Positions 42,555 to 52,139 of a stretch of DNA of 64,000 nucleotides are shown piece after piece (the stretch's first letter is position 1; every line of letters starts with the position of its first letter). The stretch is from the IMG/VR virus record IMGVR_UViG_3300014720_000002. One strand, 5' to 3'. The DNA is from a virus. A program made the translations under genes and the position numbers. The notes under the pieces were generated by a model. The model was not told where the DNA came from. It searched no databases and saw only the letters and a program-made list of their open reading frames with translations.

Positions 42555-43321
42555 TCCCCTGCAATCAAGTCATCAGCCAGACCTTCGCCCTCATCAGTTC
42601 GGCACAGGCGTTCACCAATCCCCAGGCCACGGCGCTCGACAACCTCAAGTCCCTGACCAGCGGGCGCATCCTGGTGGTGGATCAGTTGATCCTGCAGTTG
42701 GATCCACTCGACCCGGACTATCCGGTCAAGCTGCTGAACCTCAACACGCTCAAGACCAACCTGGTCAACATGGTGGGCGGTCAGAACTATGCCAACTTCC
42801 AGAACTCCCCCATCGGGCAGTTCCTGGCCTACACGGATTTCCTGAGCGGCAAGCGCAGCAGTTTCCCGGCGGAGCTTTCTGCCATCGCCGGCACAGTGCC
42901 GGGTTCGGCGGTGCTGGCCGGGGCCACGTTCTTCACGGTGCTGTCGGTGGCCGGCGCCTGGCCGCACTTCAGCAGTGAACTCTGCGAGGAGGTTGATCCA
43001 TCCGATCCCTGTGCCCACGTTCACGGCATGTTCGGAGCCGTGCTGGGCGAGTTCAACCAGAACCTGTCCAACATGCTGTCCTGGATGTCTGGCGATTGGC
43101 TGCTGCAGAGTGTTGAGGCGGCGATCCAGAAAGTGCAGGAGTTCGTCCAGCAGGTGCTGGGCAAGATCGTTGAGGGCTTGACCAAAATGACGGAAGCCTT
43201 CATCAAGGCGGCGAACCACGGCGTGGCCAAGCTGCTGGAAGCGCTGAAAATCGACCCGTGCATCGCGAGCCTGCTGCACGCGGTTGGAACCCAGCAGTTG
43301 CGCAACGTCCTGGAAGTCTGA
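42551..43321 (+). CDS. Hypothetical tail-region protein
   Basis: Helical 256 aa with ATGA overlap. Confidence 0.55.
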   Translation: MIPCNQVISQTFALISSAQAFTNPQATALDNLKSLTSGRILVVDQLILQLDPLDPDYPVKLLNLNTLKTNLVNMVGGQNYANFQNSPIGQFLAYTDFLSGKRSSFPAELSAIAGTVPGSAVLAGATFFTVLSVAGAWPHFSSELCEEVDPSDPCAHVHGMFGAVLGEFNQNLSNMLSWMSGDWLLQSVEAAIQKVQEFVQQVLGKIVEGLTKMTEAFIKAANHGVAKLLEALKIDPCIASLLHAVGTQQLRNVLEV

Positions 43322-43334
43322 CGTATCCAAGCCT

Positions 43335-44030
43335 ATGACTGAAACCAAGCCCGTAGCCGACGTGCTGGGCGGCGACCGTGCCGACCTGGAGATGCAGCAG
43401 AGCGCCACCACCGCCGATGCCGTGAAGGCGTTTCTGAAGGAAAAGCAAGGTCAGGACGCCGCGCCCGAGAGCGCTGGCTCCCGAACCCGAATCACCCCCG
43501 ACGACAGCTTTGACCAGCTTCCACCTGACGCCCTCCGGGAGGAGGCGCTGGCCGCGCACGAGAAGCTGGTCGTGACGGAGGACCAGAAGATCAGGTTCCT
43601 CAAGTCCCTGCTTAACGATGAGCGGTTCACCGACCAGACCAGCCTGTTCAACGGACAGCTTCTGGTTGAGGTGCGCTCCCGCAACCTGGCGGAGCAGCGC
43701 TGGATTCTGGACCTGCTGGCCGCGGACATCGCCGACGGGCTGATCGACAAGGACTCGCCGGTGATCGCCTTTACCCGGTTCCAGTATTACGCGGCGCTCC
43801 TGATGGTGCGCCGGATCAACACCCAGACGTTCTCCGACCTGGAGTTCGATCCGGCTCAGGACGTCAAGGCGCGCAAGGAGAAGTTCCGTCAGGCGGTCGA
43901 GGCCAAGCTGCACCAGATGAGCGGACCGCGCTGGCAGGCGGTGCTCAAGGCCATGTCCCGGTTCGAGGCGTTGTGCGCGAAGCTCAACGAGGAGGCGATC
44001 AACGAGGATTTTTGGAAAACCCGCGCCTGA
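43335..44030 (+). CDS. Tail assembly chaperone (G-like)
   Basis: Two ORFs upstream of the tape measure, ending just after a slippery heptamer. Confidence 0.6.
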   Translation: MTETKPVADVLGGDRADLEMQQSATTADAVKAFLKEKQGQDAAPESAGSRTRITPDDSFDQLPPDALREEALAAHEKLVVTEDQKIRFLKSLLNDERFTDQTSLFNGQLLVEVRSRNLAEQRWILDLLAADIADGLIDKDSPVIAFTRFQYYAALLMVRRINTQTFSDLEFDPAQDVKARKEKFRQAVEAKLHQMSGPRWQAVLKAMSRFEALCAKLNEEAINEDFWKTRA

Positions 44031-44425
44031 GGCTGCTGTTCCTTGCCTGGCTGCGGGGTTACATCAAGGCAGACTACCAATACGGAGTCCGTTCACGGAT
44101 CCGCGAGGAACTGGCCATGCGCGCCGTTTCCCGGGAACTGGAGGCCGGACACCTGGCCGAGATGGTCAGCCTGCGGCAGGCTACCTTGCCGCTGGTCAAC
44201 CCGATGGCCCGGCAGAACGCCTACACGTCCACGGGGCGGATGCTGGAGCGGCTGCAGGCCATGCGCAAGATGATGCCCATCAACCGGGTGAAGGACATAG
44301 GGTCGGTGGAGGAGTCCATGCGGGAGATCCGTCAGATGGGGGCAGCCCTTAAAGTTTTGCAGGCGTCCAACCTTTCTGCCAAGCTGGAGCAGATCGCCGA
44401 AGCCGGTCAAGAACAAGACCTGTGA
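44006..44425 (+). CDS. -1 frame extension of the tail assembly chaperone (GT-like)
   Basis: G GAT TTT at 44006-44012. The -1 frame is open from there to 44425 and has no good start near its 5' end. Confidence 0.55.
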   Translation, partial: GFLENPRLRLLFLAWLRGYIKADYQYGVRSRIREELAMRAVSRELEAGHLAEMVSLRQATLPLVNPMARQNAYTSTGRMLERLQAMRKMMPINRVKDIGSVEESMREIRQMGAALKVLQASNLSAKLEQIAEAGQEQDL

Positions 44426-44428
44426 ACC

Positions 44429-47248
44429 ATGCTGCCGTTTGACGCACCAAATCCCTACGGCGGGTATTTCAACTTTGACCAGTTGTCCACGCTGGCCAAC
44501 GGGCCGCAGAACTTTGGTCCGGGCATGGCGCCGGGGGTGATGGGCGCGATGGGGATGGGATCGGGCGGCTTCAATCCCACCCGGTCGGAGTTCATCCAGA
44601 ACCAGGTCCAGCGCCGCTACAACGACGAGTTCATGTCCTACGTGCTGCGCTCGGATGAGCGGGCCGGCGTGTTCCGCTCCATGCTGATGAAGCAGATGAC
44701 GGGCGGGGATCTCAAGAAGCAGGCCGAGATCACCAAGCTGTTTGGCGGGCAGGACAAGTTTGCCGAGGTGTTCTCCTACGCGCTCAACCGGCCTGAGATC
44801 TCCTCGTTCGTGGGCGGCAGCATCAAATCGCTGGGGGTGGGATCGCTGGCGGTGACCAGCAGCGGCATGGTGCTCAACAACCGAGGCTTCTCGGGTGAGG
44901 GGCTGATGCAGACCGCCGCCGCCCAGGGCGTGTTCCGCCATGTGCAGAGCCAGTTCTACCACCCGTCCGGCGGCGCCAATCTACGCATGACCCAGGGGAT
45001 GAACATGGACCAGATCGGCGGCATCATGACCCTGGCCAGCGAGCAGGGTGCGTTTGCCGGCCTGAACCTGGGCAAGTTCAAGAACGGCGCGCTGACCTTC
45101 AACAACGGCTCCCTGGACAAGATCACGGACACGGTCAAGAACGCGGCCAAGGCCCTGGGCCAGATCATCGACGTGTATGGCGACGGCAGCGTGGCGGAAC
45201 TCATGCAGAAGGCCAACCGCATCACCGGACTCAACTTCTCCCGGCCGGAGCATGTGGACCTGATGCGCCAGCGGCTGCAGAACATGCGGACCTACTCCAC
45301 CATGTCCGGGGTGAATCTGCAGACGGTGATGGACATGGCGGCAACGGGGACGCAAAACCTGCAGGGATTGGGATTCTCGCCCATCGCGGCTGGTGGGCTG
45401 AGCGAGGCGGCCACCCGCAATGCCCTGCTCAACTTCAACAGCCAACGCGCCAACTCCGGCAACTACTACACGGTTGGACCTTCCCTCTCGCAGTTGAACT
45501 TCGCCGCCCAGCGCGACCTGGCCGGCATGGCCCAGGACCCCGTGGGTGCCCGGCGCGCGGCGGTGGAGATGCTGATCCAGACCGGCACCATCAAGACCGC
45601 AGAGGCCGGAAAGATGCGTGAACTGGCGATGGGCGTGACGCATGAGACGTATGGCCGGCTGGACTCTGAGATCGCCGGCCGTTACGGCATCGGGCTGGAC
45701 AGTTACATCCAGCAGATGGGTGGGGTGAAGAACATGCTGGGTCAGTTGCAGCCGCACCGCATCGACGTGGTGAGCGAGGCCAACGGCGCCGAGATGCGCA
45801 AGCGCCAGCTTCGCCTGCTGCGCCAGCAGGCGGGTGATTTCATGGGCGGCCGGTTCGACTCCGATGAGATTGACGCCATGAGCCGGCTGACCGGCGAACT
45901 GGGCGGCGGCACCAGCAAGCGCCTGATGGAGGCGATGGACAAGGGCATGGATGAGAAGGGGTTGCAGACCATCATCGCGGAAGATCCGCTCGGCCGGACC
46001 AGGGTGAAGGACTACATGTCAGACGTGGCTCGGCTGCGTGGCCGCAAAGGCGACCTGGCCTCCACCGCCGCCAACCTGGCGACCATGGCCAAGACCAACC
46101 CGCTGACGTCCGGCTTTGCCTCAGAGTCCGATCACCGGACAGCCATCGCCAATCAGCGCCGCAATGCGGCCATTGCCGCCAATGATGTGGACCGCATCCG
46201 GTCGGGCAACTTCTTCTCCACCATGACCCAGGGCTTCCTGGAGAAGATGGACGCACGCGATCCGGCTTCGCTGTTCGCCATCGTGCATGCGGCCTACGGA
46301 GCCGATGCCATCGCCGGACTGAACGGTGGACTCAATTTGGATCCGGCTCAGCTTCGCAAACAGGATGGCGAGATCAACCGTGCCGCTGCGATCGAGATGG
46401 CGCGGAACATGACTGATCAGTTCCGCAAGGTGGACGCCAACTTCATGAGCCGGACGTTCCAGATGAACGGCTCGCATTTCGGCAAGGATGCAAATGGTGA
46501 TATCATCGGGCCGAACCAGGCCGCGCTGGAAAAGTTTGTGGCGACCATGGAGCGGCCGGAACTGCGTGCGGCAGCGTTTGCCGACTTCCGTGAGTTTCGG
46601 ATTGCCGGTCCAGATGGAACGATGTCCTCGGCGTTCATGAAGAACACCGACGCGGAATATGCCGCTGAATACGGCGGGCGTGGCGCGATGCTGGAGAAGA
46701 TGGCGCAGGACATGATCTTCGGCACAGACAGCGACGCTAACAAGAAGCAGCAGGGCGTGTTCCTGCACTCCATAGCCGTGAGCCTGAGGAAGCGCCAGGA
46801 CCTGGCATCTTCGCTCGACGGCAGCGGTAACATCAGCACCCGGGTCGTCACGCCTGGGCTGCTGGGCGATGACCGCGCAAAGCAGATGGTCGGCCTGCTG
46901 GACGGATTCTTCTCTGACTACTCCAACCTGGAGATGCTTTCCAAAGACCAGATCTCTGGCCTTGCTGGAGCCAACCGTCAGTGGGGTAAGAGCATGATGA
47001 TGGCGCTGGGCAGCCGGGTGCAGAATCTCCAGCAGTTGGACCGTGAGGGTAAGCTGGGTGGTCAGTCCGGCAAGTTGAAGGACGACCTGGAGAAGCTGCA
47101 GGCTTTGCGTCAGATGGGCATCCAGCCCGACGCAGGCCGGTCTTACAGCATTAACGGTGAGTTGAAACTGGAGCATGGTGCGCTGAAGCTCATGCACGCC
47201 CTGCTGAGTCTGCCAGATGACGCGCTGCCGGAGGCGGCCAAGAAATGA
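44429..47248 (+). CDS. Tape measure protein
   Basis: 939 aa, helical and Ala/Gly/Gln/Met-rich, lying after the chaperones and before the baseplate genes. Confidence 0.75.
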   Translation: MLPFDAPNPYGGYFNFDQLSTLANGPQNFGPGMAPGVMGAMGMGSGGFNPTRSEFIQNQVQRRYNDEFMSYVLRSDERAGVFRSMLMKQMTGGDLKKQAEITKLFGGQDKFAEVFSYALNRPEISSFVGGSIKSLGVGSLAVTSSGMVLNNRGFSGEGLMQTAAAQGVFRHVQSQFYHPSGGANLRMTQGMNMDQIGGIMTLASEQGAFAGLNLGKFKNGALTFNNGSLDKITDTVKNAAKALGQIIDVYGDGSVAELMQKANRITGLNFSRPEHVDLMRQRLQNMRTYSTMSGVNLQTVMDMAATGTQNLQGLGFSPIAAGGLSEAATRNALLNFNSQRANSGNYYTVGPSLSQLNFAAQRDLAGMAQDPVGARRAAVEMLIQTGTIKTAEAGKMRELAMGVTHETYGRLDSEIAGRYGIGLDSYIQQMGGVKNMLGQLQPHRIDVVSEANGAEMRKRQLRLLRQQAGDFMGGRFDSDEIDAMSRLTGELGGGTSKRLMEAMDKGMDEKGLQTIIAEDPLGRTRVKDYMSDVARLRGRKGDLASTAANLATMAKTNPLTSGFASESDHRTAIANQRRNAAIAANDVDRIRSGNFFSTMTQGFLEKMDARDPASLFAIVHAAYGADAIAGLNGGLNLDPAQLRKQDGEINRAAAIEMARNMTDQFRKVDANFMSRTFQMNGSHFGKDANGDIIGPNQAALEKFVATMERPELRAAAFADFREFRIAGPDGTMSSAFMKNTDAEYAAEYGGRGAMLEKMAQDMIFGTDSDANKKQQGVFLHSIAVSLRKRQDLASSLDGSGNISTRVVTPGLLGDDRAKQMVGLLDGFFSDYSNLEMLSKDQISGLAGANRQWGKSMMMALGSRVQNLQQLDREGKLGGQSGKLKDDLEKLQALRQMGIQPDAGRSYSINGELKLEHGALKLMHALLSLPDDALPEAAKK

Positions 47249-48909
47249 ACATGGAAACAGGCGACACAGAGATGCAAGTCAACGATCCGGTGCCTGTTGA
47301 GGCGCGGCAGGTGTCGCGCACGTATGAGGACCGGCTGGTGGATGCCTACCGTGAAGCCTACAACAACAACGACCCTGACAATCTGGATGCCGTCCATGCC
47401 GAGATCGAAGCGCTTGAGCGCAAGAAGGAGGAACGGGACAAGGCAAACACTGGTCCGCTGACACGTTCCGAGCGGCTGACTGCTTTGAAGAATGCCGCCG
47501 AGCAGACGGAAGACACGGAAGAACGGACCAACCTGCAGAGCGAGGTGGCTGCCATGGAGGCGGAGAATCTGAAGCGCAACATGGTGCGCGGACCTCTGCC
47601 GCGTGAAGCACAACTGGCAGAACTGCGCAGTCGTGCCGCGGATACCACAGATTCCGAGGAGTTGGCTAACCTGCAAGGGCAGATTCAAGATCTGGAAAGT
47701 CAGCCTGCGAATGAGCAAAGCGGAGCCTCTGATCGTGGCGCCATCCACTGGATAGCGGCGCGTGGCACGTTCTACGCCGTAAGTCTGCTGGAAGATGTCG
47801 ATGCGTCTGGCAATGCTCCTAACCGATGCTATGGCCTGTATCAGATGGAAGTGGATCAGGCCGCAGACGAAACGCCGCGGAACATCCGAGGATTCGACAA
47901 TCTAACCATGACTGGAGCACGAGGCAATCAGCCCATCCTGCTGACCTCGGTCACGCTCGGCCAGCGCGACATCGTCGGACAAGCTGCCTGTCTGGAGAAC
48001 CAGAAGGTCTTCTACACTTTCGGCCAGAACTTTGGGAACATCCAGATCACCGGAGAAATCCTGCTGGGCGCGCTGGCGGACGCCAAGGCCCAGGACGAAG
48101 GCATCCAGACGCTGCGCGAGTTCTTCGCCAACTACCGGGTGTCGGTGTTCAAGAAGCCCGTGGCTGTCACCATCTCCCGGAACGAGGCGGTGTTCGCCTA
48201 CCTGGTTGGCTTGGACATCGGAAACCTGGACGCTGAGTTCAACATCCTGCCGTTCACGTTCCACGGTGTGCTGCTGGATTTGGCCAAGATCCCAGTTGGC
48301 TCTGTCAACCCGCAGGGGTCGGTAACGGTGGATGGGGTGCAGGCGCTGACGGAGAAGCTGCTGGATGAGCCGCAGGAGTTGAAGCGACTGCTGGCGCTGC
48401 GGGATCTGCCGGAGGCGGAGGTCGTGGTGGCGGCTCAGCGGAAGGCTGCTGATTCGGTCAAATCTGGCGATGTGGCGCAGGTAACTGAATCCACCCAGAT
48501 AGACGACGTAGAGCGGTCGGAGACGCAGGCGGAATTAAACGCACGGCAGTATGCTGTGGCCGAAGACAACATGCCCAGATCGATATGGGCACGCATTGCT
48601 GAGAAGCAGTCTGCTGGAGATACGTTGACTGAACCAGAGCAGGCGCTGCTCAAACATCAAAAGAACATGGTCCGGCTGAAAAACGGCGGACCTGTTCGAG
48701 ATTCAGCCGGTCGCATACACACCACACGCAATTCATACTGGGAGGCCAACAGTGCTGAGATTACGGCAATAAGGAACCAGAGCGCGGATGCGGATCCGCT
48801 GGTATTCGCAGCCAATTACAGGGGCGACAACTCGATCTACAAACGGGCCGAGAGACAGCGCGCCATAGAGGCAGCCAACGCTGTCCCCACAGCCCCAATC
48901 GCAAACTAA
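47245..48909 (+). CDS. Tube-initiator/hub-like domain flanked by coiled-coil repeats
   Basis: Central tube-like fold (PILLTSVTL...FYTFGQNFGNIQITG...YRVS...YLVGL) with N-terminal ~40-aa helical tandem repeats. Confidence 0.55.
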   Translation: MNMETGDTEMQVNDPVPVEARQVSRTYEDRLVDAYREAYNNNDPDNLDAVHAEIEALERKKEERDKANTGPLTRSERLTALKNAAEQTEDTEERTNLQSEVAAMEAENLKRNMVRGPLPREAQLAELRSRAADTTDSEELANLQGQIQDLESQPANEQSGASDRGAIHWIAARGTFYAVSLLEDVDASGNAPNRCYGLYQMEVDQAADETPRNIRGFDNLTMTGARGNQPILLTSVTLGQRDIVGQAACLENQKVFYTFGQNFGNIQITGEILLGALADAKAQDEGIQTLREFFANYRVSVFKKPVAVTISRNEAVFAYLVGLDIGNLDAEFNILPFTFHGVLLDLAKIPVGSVNPQGSVTVDGVQALTEKLLDEPQELKRLLALRDLPEAEVVVAAQRKAADSVKSGDVAQVTESTQIDDVERSETQAELNARQYAVAEDNMPRSIWARIAEKQSAGDTLTEPEQALLKHQKNMVRLKNGGPVRDSAGRIHTTRNSYWEANSAEITAIRNQSADADPLVFAANYRGDNSIYKRAERQRAIEAANAVPTAPIAN

Positions 48910-49562
48910 TGCACATCGGACGAAACACCGCAGTCGTGCTCACCCAGCTTCCAAGCTGGGTTCCAGAGCACACCGCGCCCTACACCCAGCGCGCCATGGC
49001 GCGGTTGCTGTTGGGCTTCCCAGAATTGCGGCGCAGCTTGCGGGACACCGAGACTGCCTGGACAGCAGAGGATCTGCGACCTGCGCGTCCAGTCATCGCT
49101 GGCGGAGAATTCCTGCAGATGTCGGGACGTTGTGGTCGGTTCACGGACAGACCTGCAACCGGCTTCCCGGTCGAACGCACCTTCCGGCTGCTTCGCCGAA
49201 CCGACACTCTGCTGCGCTGTGAGGTTTTGGAGAGCGGCCGGGCCGAGCAGTTGGTCTGCGCGCCGTTCGAGCCACAGCCAGGACAGCACGGGCTGGATGT
49301 CCAGTGGTCAGCAACGCTGCCGTTCGACGGGCCGCTGCGGCTGCATCAGACGTGGTTCGGCAACGCCATGGTGGAGATCAAGACCGAACCGACCCGCTAT
49401 CCGTGGGCTGTTCTGGCCAGCCGGGCGGCTGGGTCGAACGACGCGCTCATGGTCCTGAGTCAGGCGGAGTTGATGGACGAGTTCACCAGCGCGCACGATC
49501 CCAAGGAGAAGTGTGCGCTCTTGCTGGTCGCCATTGCCAGACTACACCCGCTCTTCGCATGA
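48909..49562 (+). CDS. Hypothetical baseplate-region protein
   Basis: TAATG overlap, 217 aa. Confidence 0.55.
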   Translation: MHIGRNTAVVLTQLPSWVPEHTAPYTQRAMARLLLGFPELRRSLRDTETAWTAEDLRPARPVIAGGEFLQMSGRCGRFTDRPATGFPVERTFRLLRRTDTLLRCEVLESGRAEQLVCAPFEPQPGQHGLDVQWSATLPFDGPLRLHQTWFGNAMVEIKTEPTRYPWAVLASRAAGSNDALMVLSQAELMDEFTSAHDPKEKCALLLVAIARLHPLFA

Positions 49563-49831
49563 AAGCCTTCATCGCCGACATCCACACCGCGCCACGACCC
49601 AGCAAACCGCGCATGCTGCAGGTCACCATCCAGGTCACTGGCCTGATCGATTACGCCATCATCGACTACGGGGATGGGACCGAAGAGCGCGCGGACATAC
49701 CGCTGGACGAGCCCCATCCTCGGCTGCTGGCGGAGCACACCTACAATCCCGGCCGTCATCGCATGACCGTCAGCATCTGGCACAAGAACGTGCAGCAGGA
49801 GCGGCGGGTGGTGGCGGTGTCTGTCTCCTGA
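49559..49831 (+). CDS. Single PKD-like domain protein
   Basis: IIDYGDGT...HTYNPGRHRMTVSI. ATGA overlap. Confidence 0.6.
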   Translation: MKAFIADIHTAPRPSKPRMLQVTIQVTGLIDYAIIDYGDGTEERADIPLDEPHPRLLAEHTYNPGRHRMTVSIWHKNVQQERRVVAVSVS

Positions 49832-51384
49832 TGTCCACTTCGTTCCAGTCGGCGCGGACGCCCAGCGCGAAGGTGACCCTCGGCAGCCTGCAGCCGGCGG
49901 TGACCCGGGTGCAGGTGCGTCACGAGATCAACGTCTTGCCGACCATCAGTCTGGACCTTCAAATCGTGGCTGGCCCGACTTCTGATGGCCGGACACCATC
50001 GGTGGACATCGACCTGCCCAAGTTCGGCCGCTACAACCGGGCGATGCAGGAGCGAATCCTCAACGAGTTCGGCACTGCACCTGATCTGCGGGTGGTGATG
50101 GATGACGGTGATGGTCACGCTCGCACCTTCACGGGCTTCTCTGGCAATCCCACGTTCGGACTCCAGAACGGCGGCATCGCGCTGGGGATCAATGGCGTGC
50201 ACGAGATGATCGCGCTCACCGGCTTCATCGGCGCCATCTACACCCGGCAGGTCGTGGCTGGCGACTACTATGCGGTCGTCGAGAAGGCCAAGGCCGACAA
50301 CATCGGCCTGATGGTGCAGTCGATGCTGGCCGAACTGATGAAGCGCTACACGGGCGAAAACGGCGCGCGGACTGCAGATCGGGACACAGCGGTGGACATC
50401 CTGCCGGTGCACCGGCTCAACTCCAAGCTGCTGCCGTATGCGGAAAAGTATTTGGCTTACAGCCAGGTGGGAACTGTTTTCGCCGATCTCGACAAGCCGG
50501 AAACAGTCGCGCAAGCACAGCCAATAGTCGCCCGGCTGAAGCAGTTGCTGGTTGGCAGCCCCAATCTGCTCACGGCGTTCGACGCCATCCGTAACATGTT
50601 CGTGTTCCAGATGAATTCGTCCTGGGACGGCAAGGCGTGGCTGGAGCAGACCAGGACTTTGGACAGCCCGACGGGAATGCTGATCAAGGTGCCGACGACT
50701 TCCGTGCGGTTCAACCTGGCCGGTTTGTTTCGCATCCCCATCGTGCAGGTGGTGGTGCAAGGGCCGGGTGTGCCGTTCTACGGCATCACCGGCGACAACG
50801 GCGTGGGTGGCGGTGACACCAACGCCACGCTGGCCGAACTGTCGCTGGCCGGCGCCAACTCGCTGGGGATGCTTGGACGGTATCCGTCAACCGTGGCGAA
50901 GGATGCCACCGGTCGGTATGAATTCGTCAACGCGCCCGACTGGCTGCCAGCGGTTACGCCCCGCATCAAGGACCGCATCAGTTCCAACTATGCCGGCAAG
51001 TCGCGCGCCGAACGGGCGCTGGAGGATGTGAGCCGGTCGGTCAAGCTGACTAATGATCGTGGACAGGTGCGGCAGTCGTTTGTGGACTACCTGGCGGAGA
51101 TGGAGTTTCGCAACCGCTATCTGGCTGAGGCCACGGCTGAACTTACGCTGCCGATGAACCTGCAGGTGCAGCCAGGCTACACCTATTACGTGGAGTCGAT
51201 GGACGGGCACGAACTGTTCAGTGGCTACCTGCAGGCGGCGGCGCACGACCTGATGGTGGCTCCGGACGGATCGGGCGGTGCGGCCACCACGCGGCTGGCC
51301 TTTTCGCATGTCCGCGCGCCGGGCGCCGTCATCACTGCGTTGCGAGAGCAGCTTGCCGGAGCGGACGTGCTGTCGGACCAGTAG
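49831..51384 (+). CDS. Baseplate hub protein (gp27-like)
   Basis: About 517 aa, beta-rich (VTRVQVRHEINVLPTISLDL...ATAELTLP...VQPG). TGATG overlap. Confidence 0.6.
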   Translation: MSTSFQSARTPSAKVTLGSLQPAVTRVQVRHEINVLPTISLDLQIVAGPTSDGRTPSVDIDLPKFGRYNRAMQERILNEFGTAPDLRVVMDDGDGHARTFTGFSGNPTFGLQNGGIALGINGVHEMIALTGFIGAIYTRQVVAGDYYAVVEKAKADNIGLMVQSMLAELMKRYTGENGARTADRDTAVDILPVHRLNSKLLPYAEKYLAYSQVGTVFADLDKPETVAQAQPIVARLKQLLVGSPNLLTAFDAIRNMFVFQMNSSWDGKAWLEQTRTLDSPTGMLIKVPTTSVRFNLAGLFRIPIVQVVVQGPGVPFYGITGDNGVGGGDTNATLAELSLAGANSLGMLGRYPSTVAKDATGRYEFVNAPDWLPAVTPRIKDRISSNYAGKSRAERALEDVSRSVKLTNDRGQVRQSFVDYLAEMEFRNRYLAEATAELTLPMNLQVQPGYTYYVESMDGHELFSGYLQAAAHDLMVAPDGSGGAATTRLAFSHVRAPGAVITALREQLAGADVLSDQ

Positions 51385-51393
51385 ATGGCGATT

Positions 51394-51424
51394 CTTGAAA
51401 GCCTGGCTTAATTGTGCATCCTGT
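51394..51424 (+). promoter_or_regulatory. Putative promoter C-TTGAAA-N16-CATCCT
   Basis: Intergenic gap directly upstream of the sigma gene. GCATCCTGT is shared with 32871-32879. Confidence 0.45.
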
Positions 51425-51431
51425 GTCTGCC

Positions 51432-52139
51432 ATGACCGACACCAATACCATTGATACGGCCTATCAGGCATGGCAGGCCGACCCGCGGCCGGAGACGCTC
51501 AACCAGGTGGTGACGCACCTCAAGCCCACCATCGAATACGCGGTGGCATCGGTGGGAGCAGCCAAGAATCCGGTGGTCCAGGCCAAGGCCCGTCTGGTGG
51601 CGGCTGAGGCCGTGGAGAAATTTGATCCCACCAATGTCAGCAAGGCCAGCCTGCCCACGTTCGTGGCGTCGCAGCTTCGCCAGGTGAGCCGTCTCTCCCG
51701 GGAGAGTGCGTTTCCCATCAAGGTGCCGGAGCGAATGCAGATGGATCTCTACCGGGTCAGCCGGGAGCGGAGCCGGCTGACCGAGTCCATGGGTCGCGAG
51801 CCTGACATGCTGGAGTTGTCCGACGCCCTGCGCATGCCTATGAAGCGGCTGCAGAAGGTCTTCAAGGCGCAGGTGGCGATGCCGACGGAGAGCGCTTATG
51901 GAGAAGTGGAGCAGGAGGGACCAGACCACGATCAGGAAGCGCTGGAGTATGTCATGCACGGCTCTGATCACACCGACCGCCGTGTGCTTGAGTTGAAGCT
52001 CGGGCTGGGCGACCAGCCGCCCATGCCGCCGCACCAGATCGCCAAGGTGCTCAATCTCACCCCCACGCAGCTTAGCCGGCGCTCCATGCGGCTGGCGGCG
52101 CGCATCAACAGTATCCGGGAGAGCCTGGGTCAGATCTGA
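51432..52139 (+). CDS. Sigma70-family RNA polymerase sigma factor (regions 2, 3, 4)
   Basis: AVEKFDPT...LPTFVASQLRQ (region 2), MGREPDMLELSDALRMPMKRL (region 3), DRRVLELKLGLGDQPP...QIAKVLNLT (region 4 HTH). Confidence 0.85.
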   Translation: MTDTNTIDTAYQAWQADPRPETLNQVVTHLKPTIEYAVASVGAAKNPVVQAKARLVAAEAVEKFDPTNVSKASLPTFVASQLRQVSRLSRESAFPIKVPERMQMDLYRVSRERSRLTESMGREPDMLELSDALRMPMKRLQKVFKAQVAMPTESAYGEVEQEGPDHDQEALEYVMHGSDHTDRRVLELKLGLGDQPPMPPHQIAKVLNLTPTQLSRRSMRLAARINSIRESLGQI

